DNA of 64,000 bases from Massalongia carnosa (lineage: Eukaryota), in contig OZ287072.1 in assembly GCA_965645245.1 (NCBI GenBank), forward strand, positions 1 through 64,000, given 5' to 3'. This document shows positions 63,131 to 64,000 of the stretch, piece after piece (position 1 is the first letter of the stretch; each line of letters begins with the position of its first letter). The notes beneath the pieces were generated by a model. It made no database searches. It was not told the origin of the DNA and saw only the letters and a list, made by a program, of their open reading frames with translations. The position numbers and the translations under genes are program-made.

Positions 63131-64000
63131 CTAGTTCGGCTATGCTGAGAGCTAGTGCGTCGTTAATCGAGACAGCTCCCGCTTTGATTTCGGCACCGCA
63201 TGGATCTCTCGGACGGCATAGATGTCTCAGCACCATAAGGATGTCTCAGCACGGCATAGAGATCTTAGCACCGCATCGATCCTTCGGACGACAGTTAGGT
63301 TTCGGATTTGTGTATGCCTTGCTATGGGCCGCGTTGATGGGGCATACTGGGATGGTAGAGTAGGACAAGGAGAATAGGAAGAAGATATATAAAGAGGAGG
63401 TCCCAGACGGTATCCCTCATCATCTCACATCTCAAGACAATCAAAAAGCATAGCATTTTGATAGCACTGTTTGCAACGTTTTCTTTCCCACCCACCCACT
63501 CCAGTTCTTCTGTCGCTTAGATAGAGGGAGTCTGTTCACAGCCCAAGGCCTGCGAGAGGGTCTTACATTAGTAGACAGCAAGGCCCTTATCGAGTCCCCC
63601 TCTCGAGGCCGGGGGCTGTGAGCAATAGCCCAAACATACTTAGTAGCAATATAACGAGATTGACACGAACTAGTAAAGAGTTACATGATAGCTCGGAGTA
63701 TGTATTACAAGACATATATCTACCAGGTCGGACCAAGGATGAGCTAGCCATCGCACACATTACTCGAGAAATCCATATAATATAGTTGACAGTCTAAAAG
63801 CCAAAGCACTTATAGGAATGGACATCATCTCCCCAGAAGAAATGGTGATCAACACTCGAAAGAACGTCGTAGAGATCGGAAGTTGTGAGGTAGAGATCCA
63901 ATTGTTCACTACATCAAAGGGTCAAAGGATCAATCGCTCGGTTCTGGCACAGACATCGACCACCATTCCTCCGAACACGACCATGGCGCTGCCCATAAAA

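Larger units (their letters stand above)
59271..63670 (+). mobile_element. Ngaro/DIRS-type tyrosine-recombinase retrotransposon
   Basis: Apparently identical 353-bp direct repeats at 59271-59623 and 63131-63483 without TG...CA ends; gag, RT/RNase H and YR ORFs; CTAGT at both junctions. Confidence 0.9.
56583..64000 (+). mobile_element. Ty3/gypsy element H, interrupted by a YR retroelement, continues past the window
   Basis: LTR 56583-56768 (TGTTG...CAACA), PBS TGGTAGC (tRNA-iMet type), gag-protease ORF to 59270, protease resumes at ~63671 (EYVLQDIYLPG...ALIGMDII). Confidence 0.85.

Overview
Left end of a filamentous-ascomycete chromosome: a (CCCTAA)n telomere followed by a subtelomere made almost entirely of nested transposable elements. 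In order: the telomere is fused to a truncated CACTA-like element; two Ty1/copia remnants; a decayed NRPS module; a young 2.4-kb non-autonomous LTR element whose only cargo is an intact ORF with a hydrophobic N-terminus; a pogo/Fot1 transposon; a chromovirus 3' end with an antisense zinc-cluster gene; a histone H3-like pseudogene; a 27-kb four-level nest of Ty3/gypsy chromoviruses (here D>E>F>G, each with its 5-bp TSD); several solo LTRs and a TRIM; one apparently intact host gene (7-exon fungal NLR: SesB-like hydrolase/NB-ARC/TPR); a Tc1 element; and a gypsy element with a collagen-like Gag interrupted by a Ngaro/DIRS-type tyrosine-recombinase retroelement. Most notable: the cargo-only LTR element, TGA-CTA readthrough joining gag and RT in the YR retroelement, covarying self-priming PBS motifs, and the H3-like gene. 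All calls come from reading the sequence by eye; no database searches were run.
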